Origin: a bacterium
GTDB lineage: Bacteria > Patescibacteriota > Patescibacteriia > UBA1558 > S5-K13
Assembly: GCA_029555085.1 (NCBI GenBank)
Contig: JAKPTO010000026.1
Span: 37,217-101,216, forward strand
Length of the DNA: 64,000 nucleotides
Direction of reading: 5' to 3'
In this document: positions 47,997 through 56,793 of the stretch, piece by piece
Numbering within the stretch: the first letter of the stretch is position 1
How the letters are laid out: every line of letters begins with the position of its first letter
Position numbers and translations under genes: made by a program
Notes under the pieces: generated by a model
The model's input: only the letters and a program-made list of their open reading frames with translations
Database searches by the model: none
Told to the model about the DNA's origin: nothing

Positions 47997-48614
47997 TTAC
48001 TTCAAAATTGTACCTGTTTTTATATACCAGATATAAATATCTAACTCTCCCTGACTCATATCCAATTTTTTGCATATTTTATGCATTTTTTTCTCTATTT
48101 CAATATATCTCTTTGGTGTTAATGTTTTATATTCAGCTATTATTCCGTTATCAATCAAACTACTAATAATATGCCTATCTAAAATAGCATAATCAAAAAA
48201 ACCAACATTTCTTAAAAAATGCGACGATTCCTTCATCCCAAGACCTTTTATATTTTTCAAAAGCCACATTCTTTTATCATTTTCTTCTAATAAAATATCT
48301 TTGATGTTTTTATACTTTCTTGCCAAAACAATACGATTCGCGCGTTGAGGCCAAAATCTATGACCTGATTTTTTCAAAAATCTTGCTAATTTTTCTTCAT
48401 TCCAATTTAAAAAACCATTCGGAGTTAATTTTTTTTGAATTTCAATTGACTCTTTTGCTTTCCAATTTGAAGTTAATAAACAATAACAAAGTTCAAAAAA
48501 CCATTCATTGTTTGATTTTTTGTTTAAAATTAAAAAATCTTTTAATCTTCTATCAATTTTATTTTTGATTTTTGATTTTCTTATTTCTTGAATTTTGTTT
48601 ATTAATTTTTTCAT
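47997..48614 (-). CDS. ogg: N-glycosylase/DNA lyase, archaeal-type 8-oxoguanine glycosylase (Ogg2 family, HhH-GPD)
   Basis: The stretch KSNNEWFFELCYCLLTSNW...GHRFWPQRANRIVLARKYKNIKDIL...NIKGLGMKESSHFLRNVGFFDYAILDRHI...YIWYIKTGTILK gives a near-collinear match to the MJ0724-type Ogg. The probable start is the internal Met (MKKLINKIQEI); the ORF-track start at 48686 would overlap nth by 128 bp. Confidence 0.65.
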   Translation of the reverse strand: MKKLINKIQEIRKSKIKNKIDRRLKDFLILNKKSNNEWFFELCYCLLTSNWKAKESIEIQKKLTPNGFLNWNEEKLARFLKKSGHRFWPQRANRIVLARKYKNIKDILLEENDKRMWLLKNIKGLGMKESSHFLRNVGFFDYAILDRHIISSLIDNGIIAEYKTLTPKRYIEIEKKMHKICKKLDMSQGELDIYIWYIKTGTILK

Positions 48615-49269
48615 AATGTAAACAATAATTTTTAATTTTACAAATATTACATTTTGGACCAATTGGCCTACAAATATTTTGACCAAACAATACTAATACA
48701 AAATTTATTTTTTTCCAGTACAACTTATCTAAATTTTTTCTTAAAAACATTTCGGTTTCATACGGAGTCCTTGTGTTTAAATATCCAATTCTATTTAATA
48801 TTCTATGAACATGCGTATCCACACAAATTGCTGGTTTTTTTAAAACTGTAGAAATATATAAATTTGCTGTTTTTCTCCCAATTCCTGGAAGTTTTATAAG
48901 TTCATCGATAGTTTCCGGAATTTTAGAATTGAAATCCTTATTTAAAACAAAACATAATTTTTTTAAATTTTTTGCTTTTGTTTTATAAAAACCAACTGGA
49001 TAAATCAATTTTTGTATTTGTAGATTTGTTAATTTTTGCAAATCTTTACAGTTGCTTACTTTTTCAAATAATCTTAATGATGACTCAAGAGTTGTTTTGT
49101 CTTTTGTTCGTGACGATAAAATTATTGAAATTAAAATCTGAAAATTGTTAAATTTTTTAGAATACAAAAAATCAACAGCAGGAAGTTCAAATTCACTAAC
49201 CTGCTGTGACAATAAATCAAGTATTTTTTCTATTTTTACTTTGATTTCCATAATCCATGAAGATTGCAA
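48559..49269 (-). CDS. nth: Endonuclease III
   Basis: HhH-GPD region (LPGIGRKTANLY...VDTHVHRI) and C-terminal 4Fe-4S cluster C-x6-C-x2-C-x5-C (CRPIGPKCNICKIKNYC). Confidence 0.8.
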   Translation of the reverse strand: MQSSWIMEIKVKIEKILDLLSQQVSEFELPAVDFLYSKKFNNFQILISIILSSRTKDKTTLESSLRLFEKVSNCKDLQKLTNLQIQKLIYPVGFYKTKAKNLKKLCFVLNKDFNSKIPETIDELIKLPGIGRKTANLYISTVLKKPAICVDTHVHRILNRIGYLNTRTPYETEMFLRKNLDKLYWKKINFVLVLFGQNICRPIGPKCNICKIKNYCLHYEKINKQNSRNKKIKNQK

Positions 49270-49637
49270 TATGCTCTAACCGTAACAATATTTGCTTTAG
49301 CGTAGAAGTCTGCTTCTGGTTTATCTCCTGGATTTAAAAATTTCTTCCCAGACTTTCCATCATCAGTATTAATTTCAATCCACTCTATAAAATGAGATTC
49401 TTCCATTGGATGTTCAGTTGATCCAACCTTAACTTTGTAACCAAATTCTGTTTTTTCTATAATTGGAACATGTTTTTCATTACCCTGATCTTGTGATTTT
49501 TCTCCTTCTAATCTCATAGCCGTCCCACAACAAACAAGTGATTCTGCTCCAATGTTTAAAACCTCAATAACATTGCCACAAATATCACATTTATAAATCT
49601 GTTTTTTCTTTGTCATAATATTTAAATTAATAATCAA
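49236..49637 (-). CDS. dfx: Desulfoferrodoxin / superoxide reductase (2Fe-SOR)
   Basis: N-terminal desulforedoxin motif CDICGN...CCG and C-terminal neelaredoxin-like EKHVP...HPMEESHFIEWIE. The probable true start is the internal MTKKKQ (49616). Confidence 0.8.
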   Translation of the reverse strand: MIINLNIMTKKKQIYKCDICGNVIEVLNIGAESLVCCGTAMRLEGEKSQDQGNEKHVPIIEKTEFGYKVKVGSTEHPMEESHFIEWIEINTDDGKSGKKFLNPGDKPEADFYAKANIVTVRAYCNLHGLWKSK

Positions 49638-49692
49638 TTATAAAATTTTAAATACTAAGTAACCAAAATGGAAATTTGATTATTAGTTGTTG

Positions 49693-50262
49693 TTACTTGG
49701 ACATTGTTTCAAAATATGCTTTTGGGTGTTTACATGCTGGACATTCTTCTGGGGCATTTTCTGATTCATGAACATAACCACAATTTCTACAAACCCAATA
49801 AACTTTTTCTGATCTTACAAAAGTAGTATTGTTTTCTAAATGTTCTAAAAATTTCTTATACTTTTCTTCATGATGTCGTTCTGCCTCGGCAATACTCCTA
49901 AGTCTAATTGCAATATCTTTTAAACCCTCGCGTTCTGCTATATCAGCAAATTCTGGATACATTGATGTATGTTCATAATTTTCTCCAGCAATTGCTGCTT
50001 TTAAATTCGCAATTGTATCACCTAAAACAGTAGGACATTCTGAATCAACTTTTATAGCTTCTCCACTATTTTGAGTTAATTCGTTTATAAGTTTCATTAG
50101 AACTTTTGCATGTTCTTTTTCTTGATCTGCTGTTAGTGTAAAGTTAGCTGAAATCTCTTCAAATCCCTCTTTTTTAGCAACAGAAGCATAATAAGTATAT
50201 CTATTTCTAGCTTGTGATTCACCTATAAAAGCTTTTGCTAAATTTTTAATTGTTTCTTGCAT
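49693..50262 (-). CDS. rbr: Rubrerythrin
   Basis: Diiron four-helix region (ExxH motifs: EKEHAKV, ERHHEEKY) and C-terminal rubredoxin-like CxxC...CxxC (CRNCGY...CPACKHP). Confidence 0.8.
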   Translation of the reverse strand: MQETIKNLAKAFIGESQARNRYTYYASVAKKEGFEEISANFTLTADQEKEHAKVLMKLINELTQNSGEAIKVDSECPTVLGDTIANLKAAIAGENYEHTSMYPEFADIAEREGLKDIAIRLRSIAEAERHHEEKYKKFLEHLENNTTFVRSEKVYWVCRNCGYVHESENAPEECPACKHPKAYFETMSK

Positions 50263-50339
50263 AATTTTTTAATTAATTATTAATATTTTAAGTATATCAA
50301 ATTCAAACAGCATTATAAAGCGTTGTTAATAGCGTATAA

Positions 50340-51554
50340 TTATTGATAATATTTATTTCTATTATAGTTAAATTCAAAAGATTTATTAAAATCAGATACT
50401 AATGATGGAATATTTGAAACCATAATTGACTCATCGTTTCTAAAAAATCCCCCAGAACTCCAATTATTTGTTCCAAAAAGAGCTATTTTATCATCAAAAA
50501 TCATTAGATGATGGTGTAAAAAAGAATTTAAATTTTGTTCATTAAATATTTGTTTTAATTCTTTATTTCTATTTTCATCAGTCAAAATTTCTAAATTATC
50601 TAAATGATTTTGCTTTTTCTTTTTTATCATAAAATTAAATACGGAACCATCTACTGAAAAATTATAATCATCTGTTAAAATTTTTACACTAATCTTTTTT
50701 GATGCTAATAATAAATCTTCTGCAATATCTCTATCTGTCATAAGCCAAATCATGGATTTTATGTTGTCCTTTGAATTCTCAATCAGATTCAACATTCTAT
50801 CCTTGATACCAGTATTTATTCTTTGTGGAGTAAACCAAATTTCTAAAAATCCTTCTGGATATTTTATAAGAGCAGCGAATGGATTATATTCTTTTGATAA
50901 TTTATCTCTTCCGCGTAAACCAGAAAATATTCTATCAAATTCCTCTCCATATATTTCAATAATTTCTGGCCTGTCAGTTTCTAAAATAAAACTCGGATCA
51001 TATTTATCTTGAATATAAGTAAAATTATAAGAACTAAAGAGTAATTTCTGGGTCTCCTCGCCTCTATCAATTATTATAAATTTATGATGCATGTATTCTG
51101 ATTTTTGAGTATTAATGTTCCTAGACAAAATATCTTTTCTTGTAATATTATCTCGCTTTTCTGAAAACAATCTATTATTTATATCTCTATGCACATCACT
51201 AAAAACTAATTTTATATTCACTCCTCTGTCTGATGCTTTATAAATTGCATCTCTTATCCTTTCGTCGTTCATAGAATAAATAGCCACTTCAATGGTTTTT
51301 TGTGCAGAATTTATAGAATCAATAACAATTTTTGACAAAATGTTTTGTCCAAATTCATCATTAAAATGTAAACTCCCTGAAAATGGTTCTGTGATTTCTA
51401 TGATTTTCGCAGGCCTAAATTCTACTATTCTTCTCTTCGAAAAAGATGTAAAAAATAAGTATATAAAAATTCCCATTGTAATTAATAAAAGAATTGGAAT
51501 TGCCCAAAAAATAAATGTCTTATGTGATTTTTCTAATTTCATCACCCAGCTCAT
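50340..51554 (-). CDS. Membrane-anchored phospholipase D superfamily protein (cardiolipin-synthase-like), two HKD-type motifs
   Basis: N-terminal TM helix. Motif 1 is HHKFIIIDRGEE...SSYN (HxKxxxxD...GSxN-like). Motif 2 is HHHLMIFDDKIALFGTNN, which is Cls-like but has His where the Lys is expected. Confidence 0.6.
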   Translation of the reverse strand: MSWVMKLEKSHKTFIFWAIPILLLITMGIFIYLFFTSFSKRRIVEFRPAKIIEITEPFSGSLHFNDEFGQNILSKIVIDSINSAQKTIEVAIYSMNDERIRDAIYKASDRGVNIKLVFSDVHRDINNRLFSEKRDNITRKDILSRNINTQKSEYMHHKFIIIDRGEETQKLLFSSYNFTYIQDKYDPSFILETDRPEIIEIYGEEFDRIFSGLRGRDKLSKEYNPFAALIKYPEGFLEIWFTPQRINTGIKDRMLNLIENSKDNIKSMIWLMTDRDIAEDLLLASKKISVKILTDDYNFSVDGSVFNFMIKKKKQNHLDNLEILTDENRNKELKQIFNEQNLNSFLHHHLMIFDDKIALFGTNNWSSGGFFRNDESIMVSNIPSLVSDFNKSFEFNYNRNKYYQ

Positions 51555-53235
51555 ATTTTTGCTGATAAGTTAAATAATTATTATTTTCTTTTGAAAATAC
51601 TATAATAATAGAATCTTCAAGTTTTTCACTTAATATTTCTATTATTTTTATAATATCATTATAATTCAAATCAATCCAAATATTGTCAATAATAATAAGT
51701 TGTTTTTTATTAACTATGCAATGGAGCGCTTGAAGAGCAAAGCATGAAACATTATTATTAAAAGCCAACACACAAGAAGAATTAACATTATTTATAGAAG
51801 ATATTTTTGATGCAATAAATTGATTTTCAGATATTACCTTGATCACATTTTCAATTTCAGAAGAATTAATTTGTTCTTTATCTTTCCCTAAAATAAACTC
51901 CATCAAACTTTTTTCTGAAAATATTTTAGGATCGAAAAAATATGCGCCACAGAATAATTTTTGCCATATTGGATAATCATATCTTTTATTGTCTATTTTC
52001 ACCTTCATTGCCTTGGGATTATAAATACGCATTCCTGCAAAAATTTTAGCCAAACTTGTTTTTCCTGAAAAATTCTCTCCAAAAAATAAAATTCTTTCTG
52101 ATTTTTTAAAATGAAAATCTAGATTTCTGAAATATTTACCATCTTTAAATAATTTTGTTTTTTTTGCGTGAAACAATATTTCATTATGAATTTTTAAAGT
52201 ATTTTTTCTACGCAAAACTGCTCCTTTTTGCAATACTGTTAAAAACAAACCCAATCTTGCTGGAAAAAAATATAAACCAACTCTTAGCGCTTGATTAAGT
52301 GTTCTTGGAAAATAGAACATTAAAAATAAAAATAAAAATCTATTATCTCTACCAAGTAAATTTATAAAAGAAAAAAACTCATTTGTAAAAAAATTGCTTA
52401 AAATTACAATTATCAAAACTATCACAAATACAATTTTTGCGCTTATTCCAATCCAAAGATTTCTTCTAATGCGAAAAAAAGAATCTATATTAACAAGACG
52501 ATCAAACTTTTGTAGCACACTATCTTCATTATTAAAATTTTTATTAAAATATTTTTCTGATAAGCTAATATCGATATGTTTTATTATTTGTGAATAAAAA
52601 GTGACTTCTTGCGAAATATATTTTTTTGCAACATAATAAGCTATTATTCCTATAAGAATAGAAAGTGCCACGAAAAAAACGAAAACAATAAATAAATTTA
52701 ATCCTATTAAATATGCAATGAGCATTGCCACAGAAAAATATATGAACCATCTAATTATTCCAAAAAAAACAATTGATACACCCATTGAAACAAGCGATAA
52801 TTGATAAGAAATTTTTGCTATTAACCTACCCTGCCTTTCGTTGTTCATTGTTTCAACGGGTCTATCAATAAATGATTTAAATATTCTGCGCCTAATATCA
52901 TTTGCAAATAATACCACAATAGTTTTTTCTTGTTTTATAGAAAAAAATGAACTTATGATAAACAACAATATAAAAATAGCAAAAAATTGCCAAAAAAATG
53001 GGTCTAAAATACTATTTAGCTGAGATAATTTATTTCTACTAAATACAATAAGAAACGCTTCTATTACACAGGAAACAAAAATTAAAAGAACAAGACGCAA
53101 AATATAAAATTTATATTTTTTAAAAAAATCTCGTAAATACCCGTAATGTAAAAACGATAATTTTATATCTTTGTATTTATTCCTTGTTTTTCTAATTTCT
53201 TTTATTAATCTAATTTGTTCTTTTATTTCTTTCAT
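51520..53235 (-). CDS. ABC-exporter-like protein (6-TM domain plus degenerate nucleotide-binding domain)
   Basis: TMD followed by Walker A GENFSGKTS. No recognisable LSGGQ signature. Walker B is LIIIDN (Asp-Asn, not Asp-Glu). The H-loop His is not evident. Overlaps the RT gene by 26 nt and the PLD-like gene by 35 nt. Confidence 0.55.
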   Translation of the reverse strand: MKEIKEQIRLIKEIRKTRNKYKDIKLSFLHYGYLRDFFKKYKFYILRLVLLIFVSCVIEAFLIVFSRNKLSQLNSILDPFFWQFFAIFILLFIISSFFSIKQEKTIVVLFANDIRRRIFKSFIDRPVETMNNERQGRLIAKISYQLSLVSMGVSIVFFGIIRWFIYFSVAMLIAYLIGLNLFIVFVFFVALSILIGIIAYYVAKKYISQEVTFYSQIIKHIDISLSEKYFNKNFNNEDSVLQKFDRLVNIDSFFRIRRNLWIGISAKIVFVIVLIIVILSNFFTNEFFSFINLLGRDNRFLFLFLMFYFPRTLNQALRVGLYFFPARLGLFLTVLQKGAVLRRKNTLKIHNEILFHAKKTKLFKDGKYFRNLDFHFKKSERILFFGENFSGKTSLAKIFAGMRIYNPKAMKVKIDNKRYDYPIWQKLFCGAYFFDPKIFSEKSLMEFILGKDKEQINSSEIENVIKVISENQFIASKISSINNVNSSCVLAFNNNVSCFALQALHCIVNKKQLIIIDNIWIDLNYNDIIKIIEILSEKLEDSIIIVFSKENNNYLTYQQKYELGDEIRKIT

Positions 53236-54427
53236 AATGAAAGTCTAAATAAAAATTATATAATGATTTTATTTTTAAATATTCTATCTCTTTTCTTAAC
53301 AACCTTCTGTTGCGTGGTGAATATTTACCAAATATAAAATCTGTTAAAATACGGAAAAAATCTTCTGATAATTTTTTTATTTGTTCTGAGTTATTGATTT
53401 GTGGTTTATCTTTTATAATTTTTTGAAATTGGTAGTTAAAATTTTTTTCTGGATGTCCCATAATCCTTCTCAGTAAATACTTTTTTTTACTTAAATTATA
53501 ATTTTTATATTTTAAAATACTTTTCCAACCAGCAATAATACGCTTAATATATGATTTTTCTAAACTAATAATTCCTGAATTAAAGCAGTAGCCTAAAAAA
53601 GAAAAATTTTCTTTTGCATCACCAATAAATAATTTGCTATTATTTATTGTTAAATTTCTAATATTCAAATCTTTGATAATTTCTAATTTTAATTTATTTA
53701 GCTTGTCTATGTTATTATCAAAAATACCTATATCATCTCCTATTCTTATATAAAATGAACATTGTTTTTGATATTTATGATCAAGGTCTGTTAAATATAA
53801 ATTATTAAAAAGTGCTATTAGTGGAACACCCTGGACAAGACCTATATCAGGTGCTTCTATCTTACCATTTTTATATATTTTATTAAAAATAAATAATTTT
53901 AATAAATCTAATATTTTTCTATCTTCAAAAATGTTTTCCAGTTGTGAGTATAAAACATTCTTATCAATCAAGTCAGAATAGTTTTCCAAATCTAACACTA
54001 ATGCTTTGTCTGTAGAAAAATTTTTCCTATATCTATGGCAAAAATTTTTTGCTGCAAAATATGGTGGCTTGCCCGGCCTATATGAAAACAATCTTTTTGA
54101 AAAAACTTTTTCAAATTCTGGTAATAAAACTCTATAAATTGCCTGTGCTTTTATACGATCTTTTATATTATAAATAAAAATATCCCTGAATTTCTCGGGA
54201 TTATTTTTTTTAGGAATTGAAACAATAAGTGCTGGCTCAATTTCCCTATTTTCAACTAATTCTTTTTGACAAATATCTATAAGCTCCTTTGAATTTAAAT
54301 CTCTGTCTTGTATTGAAATATTATCCAAACCGTGATATCTAAAACTTTTACTATCTATAGAAAATTTTTCCACTATATCTAAATAAGCAGATCGAATATT
54401 ATCATAAGATACAATTTTATTAAACAT
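53210..54427 (-). CDS. Free-standing reverse transcriptase (group-II-intron-like / unclassified bacterial RT) with atypical 'IGDD' catalytic motif
   Basis: Motif 1 SIPKKNNPEKFRDIF. Motif 2 RIKAQAIYRVLLPEF. Motif A LVLDLENYSDLID. Motif B GLVQGVPLIALFNNLYLTDLD. Motif C FYIRIGDDIGIF. Motif 7 FSFLGYCF. Thumb/X-like IIAGWKSILKYKNY. Confidence 0.7.
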   Translation of the reverse strand: MFNKIVSYDNIRSAYLDIVEKFSIDSKSFRYHGLDNISIQDRDLNSKELIDICQKELVENREIEPALIVSIPKKNNPEKFRDIFIYNIKDRIKAQAIYRVLLPEFEKVFSKRLFSYRPGKPPYFAAKNFCHRYRKNFSTDKALVLDLENYSDLIDKNVLYSQLENIFEDRKILDLLKLFIFNKIYKNGKIEAPDIGLVQGVPLIALFNNLYLTDLDHKYQKQCSFYIRIGDDIGIFDNNIDKLNKLKLEIIKDLNIRNLTINNSKLFIGDAKENFSFLGYCFNSGIISLEKSYIKRIIAGWKSILKYKNYNLSKKKYLLRRIMGHPEKNFNYQFQKIIKDKPQINNSEQIKKLSEDFFRILTDFIFGKYSPRNRRLLRKEIEYLKIKSLYNFYLDFHYERNKRTN

Positions 54428-54694
54428 ATTTTTAAAAATCGTCCTCAGGATATATAATAAAAATACTATATATTAATAAATCTAATGAAGACCCCCGTCC
54501 ACAAACTGGTTACAACCGTTTCCATTTTAATTAATTCGATATTAACGAATATAAAAAATTAAAACTAAAACGATTATTAATATCTCCTAAAATAGGAGTT
54601 TTGAGGATGATTTTTAAAAGTACATAATATATTATAGCATGTCAATAAAGCGTATGTAAAGAATAAATATATAATTTTGTGATATAATTAATCT

Positions 54695-56758
54695 ATGAAT
54701 CTAGATACAACACTTGATAAAATCTACGGAATAGGTCCAACAATCTATAAAAAATTACAAAAAATCGGATTAAATACAATATCTGATGCTATTTTTTATT
54801 ATCCATTTAGATATGAAGATTTTTCCCATTTAAAACAAATAAATGAGCTTGTAAATGAAGAATCTGCCACTATAAAAGGAAAAATCATACTTTTAAACAA
54901 TAAGAGATCTCCTAGAAAAAAAATGAATATCACTGAAATGCTTTTAGGAGATGATTCCGGACAAATTCAGATAATTTGGTTTAATCAACCATATATTAAA
55001 AATATATTACAAATTGGAGATGAGATATTTGTTTCAGGTGTTGTAAAAAAATCACTTTTGGGATTATCACTTATAAATCCAAATTATGAAAAAACTAATA
55101 GAGACACATCACACACTGCAAGAATTATTCCTATATATCCATCAACAGAGCATTTATCACAGAAACAACTTAGATACATAATAAAACAATCCTTGTCTTG
55201 TATAAATGAATTACATGAAAGGTTACCAAGTCAAATTATTAAAAAAGAAAATTTAATAGAAATAAAAGAGGCAATAAAACAAATTCACTTTCCAGATAAT
55301 TATAAAAAATTAGATCTTGCAAAAAAAAGATTATCATTTGATGAAATATTTTTATTATCATGTTTATCAAAATTTATTAAAAAACAAAATATTGAATTAA
55401 GCGCTCCTCAAATTAATTTCAAGGAAAAACAGATAAAAGATTTAGTAAAAAAAATTCCATTTAAATTAACAGAAGATCAAAGAAAGGCAACCTGGCAAAT
55501 TCTAAAAGATATTAGCCACAAAATTCCAATGAATAGACTTCTTGAAGGCGATGTAGGAAGTGGAAAGACAATTGTTTCTTTTATCTGCGCTTACAATGTA
55601 ATCTTGAACAAATATCAAGCAATTTTAATGTCTCCTACTCAGATTTTAACAAAACAACACTTTGAAAATGCTGTAAAATTTTTCAAGGACTATGATATTA
55701 ATATTTTACTTTTTACAAACTCTGACAGATTATTATTTAATGGAAAAAAACAATTAGCACAAAAATTAACAAAAAAAGAAATTAATAAGTTTGTCAAAAA
55801 ATCTGATTTTATAATAGGAACTCATTCTTTAATTCAGCAAAATGTAGAATTCAAAAATATTGGGCTCATAATAATTGACGAGCAACACAGATTCGGAGTT
55901 AAGCAGCGTCAAGAATTAACAAAAAAATCAGATATTAGTCCACACTTTTTATCAATGACTGCAACTCCAATTCCAAGATCTCTAGCGCTTACAATTTATG
56001 GAGATTTAGATATTTCAAAAATTTTACAAAAACCAGCAAACAGAAAAAAAATTATTACAAAATTTGTATATTCTCGCAACAGAACAAAAGCTTATGAATT
56101 TATTTATAACCAGATCCAAAACGGCAGACAAGTTTTTGTTGTGTGTCCACTTATAAATGAATCGGATAAATTAGGAGTAAAATCCGTAATGAGTGAATAT
56201 GAAAAATTAAGCAACGACATTTTTCCAAATTTAAAAATAGAATATTTACATGGAAAAATGAAAGAAACAGAAAAGCAAAAAATTCTAAAAAGTTTTTCTG
56301 ACAATGAAACAAAAATTTTAGTATCAACTTCTGTTATTGAGGTTGGAATTGATTTTCCAAATGTAACAATAATGATAATTGAAGGTGCTGATAGATTTGG
56401 ATTGGCATCACTCCATCAATTTCGAGGTCGTGTTGGTCGCGGAGAACATCAATCATTTTGCTTTTTATTTTCTGAATCAAACTCAGAAAAATCCCGTAAA
56501 CGTTTAGAAATATTAACAAAAACAGATAATGGATTTGAACTCGCAGAATATGATTTAAAATTTCGTGGAAGTGGAGATTTGTATGGAATAAAACAATCAG
56601 GATTTATGAATGGAGTGAAAATTGCAGATTTATCAGATTTAGAATTAATCAAAAAATGCAATATTTGGGCTCAATATATTTTTGAAAAAGGTCTTGAAAA
56701 ATTCCCTCAAATAAAAAAAGAGATAGAATTACTATCTTCTGATATTCACTTGGAATAA
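54695..56758 (+). CDS. recG: ATP-dependent DNA helicase RecG
   Basis: N-terminal wedge/OB domain. Helicase motif I GDVGSGKT, motif II IIDEQHRFG, motif VI QFRGRVGRG, and a TRG region. Length 687 aa. Confidence 0.85.
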   Translation: MNLDTTLDKIYGIGPTIYKKLQKIGLNTISDAIFYYPFRYEDFSHLKQINELVNEESATIKGKIILLNNKRSPRKKMNITEMLLGDDSGQIQIIWFNQPYIKNILQIGDEIFVSGVVKKSLLGLSLINPNYEKTNRDTSHTARIIPIYPSTEHLSQKQLRYIIKQSLSCINELHERLPSQIIKKENLIEIKEAIKQIHFPDNYKKLDLAKKRLSFDEIFLLSCLSKFIKKQNIELSAPQINFKEKQIKDLVKKIPFKLTEDQRKATWQILKDISHKIPMNRLLEGDVGSGKTIVSFICAYNVILNKYQAILMSPTQILTKQHFENAVKFFKDYDINILLFTNSDRLLFNGKKQLAQKLTKKEINKFVKKSDFIIGTHSLIQQNVEFKNIGLIIIDEQHRFGVKQRQELTKKSDISPHFLSMTATPIPRSLALTIYGDLDISKILQKPANRKKIITKFVYSRNRTKAYEFIYNQIQNGRQVFVVCPLINESDKLGVKSVMSEYEKLSNDIFPNLKIEYLHGKMKETEKQKILKSFSDNETKILVSTSVIEVGIDFPNVTIMIIEGADRFGLASLHQFRGRVGRGEHQSFCFLFSESNSEKSRKRLEILTKTDNGFELAEYDLKFRGSGDLYGIKQSGFMNGVKIADLSDLELIKKCNIWAQYIFEKGLEKFPQIKKEIELLSSDIHLE

Positions 56759-56793
56759 ATTAAGAATATAAAATAAGCTAAACAATTCAAAAC

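Noticed and set aside
48559-48686. 128-bp overlap between the Ogg2-like and nth ORFs, suggesting a frameshift or pseudogene
   Set aside because: An internal Met (MKKLINKIQEI...) matches the start of Ogg2 family proteins. Using it reduces the overlap to a typical short overlap, so both genes look intact.
53210-54694. Mobile group II intron
   Set aside because: The RT is flanked by only 267 bp on one side and overlaps the next gene on the other. There is no space for intron domains I-IV/V-VI. No domain-V-like GAGC...GAAA...hairpin seen.
50340-54694. Diversity-generating retroelement (DGR)
   Set aside because: RT motif B is QG-type rather than the DGR I/LGxxxSQ type. No Avd-like small gene. 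I could not see a TR/VR near-repeat pair with adenine-specific mismatches. I cannot fully exclude a distant VR without a computational repeat search.
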